Part shown: positions 63,400 through 64,000 of the stretch, piece after piece | Layout: each line of letters opens with the position of its first letter | How positions within the stretch are numbered: position 1 is the first letter of the stretch | NCBI GenBank assembly: GCA_977020255.1 | Contig: CDROCS010000506.1 | Coordinates: 1,178,001-1,242,000 of the forward strand | Reading direction: 5' to 3' | DNA: 64,000 nt | DNA from: Obrimoposthia wandeli | Taxonomy: Eukaryota | Notes under the pieces: generated by a model | Databases searched by the model: none | The model's input: only the letters and a program-made list of their open reading frames with translations | Told to the model about the DNA's origin: nothing | Made by a program: the position numbers and the translations under genes

Positions 63400-64000
63400 T
63401 TATTCGCTAACTGGTTGCTCAGCAGCAGGTGCAGCAGGTGCATCCATCGCTTCTTTAATACTTAGACGAATACGACCTTGACGGTCTACTTCTAGAACTT
63501 TAACTTTAACTACTTGTTCTACAGACAGGTGATCTGCAACTTTGTTCACACGTTCTTGCGTAATTTGCGAGATATGAACTAAGCCATCTTTACCAGGTAA
63601 GATGTTAACAAATGCGCCGAAGTCAGCTAGACGTACAACTTTACCTTCGTAGATTTGACCAACTTCAACTTCAGCTGTTAGTTGGTGGATACGTTCGATT
63701 GCTGCTTGTGCCTGTTCGCCACTTGTCGCTGCAATTTTCACTGTACCGTCATCTTCGATTTCGATCGTAGTACCAGTTTCTTCAGTAAGTGCACGGATTG
63801 TTGCGCCGCCTTTACCGATGATGTCTTTGATCTTATCCGTGCTGATTTTGATTGTATGAATACGCGGTGCGAATTCAGATACATCATCACGGTTAGTTGC
63901 GATAGCTTGATCCATCACACTTAAGATGTGTAGACGTGCAGCTTTTGCTTGTACAAGCGCTTTCTGCATGATGTCTTTAGTGATACCTTCAATTTTGATA
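63400..64000 (-). CDS. pnp: Polynucleotide phosphorylase, 3' end (KH and S1 domains)
   Basis: [34 protein letters not shown]; frame open to the right edge. Confidence 0.97.
   Translation of the reverse strand, partial: IKIEGITKDIMQKALVQAKAARLHILSVMDQAIATNRDDVSEFAPRIHTIKISTDKIKDIIGKGGATIRALTEETGTTIEIEDDGTVKIAATSGEQAQAAIERIHQLTAEVEVGQIYEGKVVRLADFGAFVNILPGKDGLVHISQITQERVNKVADHLSVEQVVKVKVLEVDRQGRIRLSIKEAMDAPAAPAAEQPVSE

Noticed and set aside
1-64000. tRNA, rRNA, prophage, integrase, defence systems
   Set aside because: No such signatures found; nearly all coding space is explained by recognisable genes.

Overview
AT-rich (roughly 40% GC by eye) core-chromosome window of a marine gammaproteobacterium; gene order and protein style suggest a Moritella-like Vibrionales/Alteromonadales relative (inference). 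Order: partial DUF3604 gene, sfsA-dksA-gluQ-pcnB-folK-panBCD, tkt, a ClC-family gene, yfaZ, metK-sprT-endA, an accessory insert (GNAT, prolyl aminopeptidase, dsdA-dsdC), rsmE-gshB-yqgE-yqgF, a frameshifted DUF2937-like gene, a LysR gene, then two about 98% identical isocitrate lyase genes in inverted orientation enclosing an 8.6 kb six-gene segment, aceB, a Pho cluster (phoBR, pstS, pstCAB-phoU, nptA-like, several Pho boxes) interrupted by a sigma54-type nitrate transporter, trhP-yfhL, rimJ, ubiT/ubiUV, nlpI and the 3' end of pnp. No tRNA, rRNA, CRISPR array, integrase or transposase was found. The most notable observations are the inverted aceA duplication, a ClcA homologue lacking the gating glutamate (GRAGP), an orphan Pho box facing antisense into the nitrate transporter, a long leader hairpin covering an RBS, and a GC-rich REP-like repeat family.
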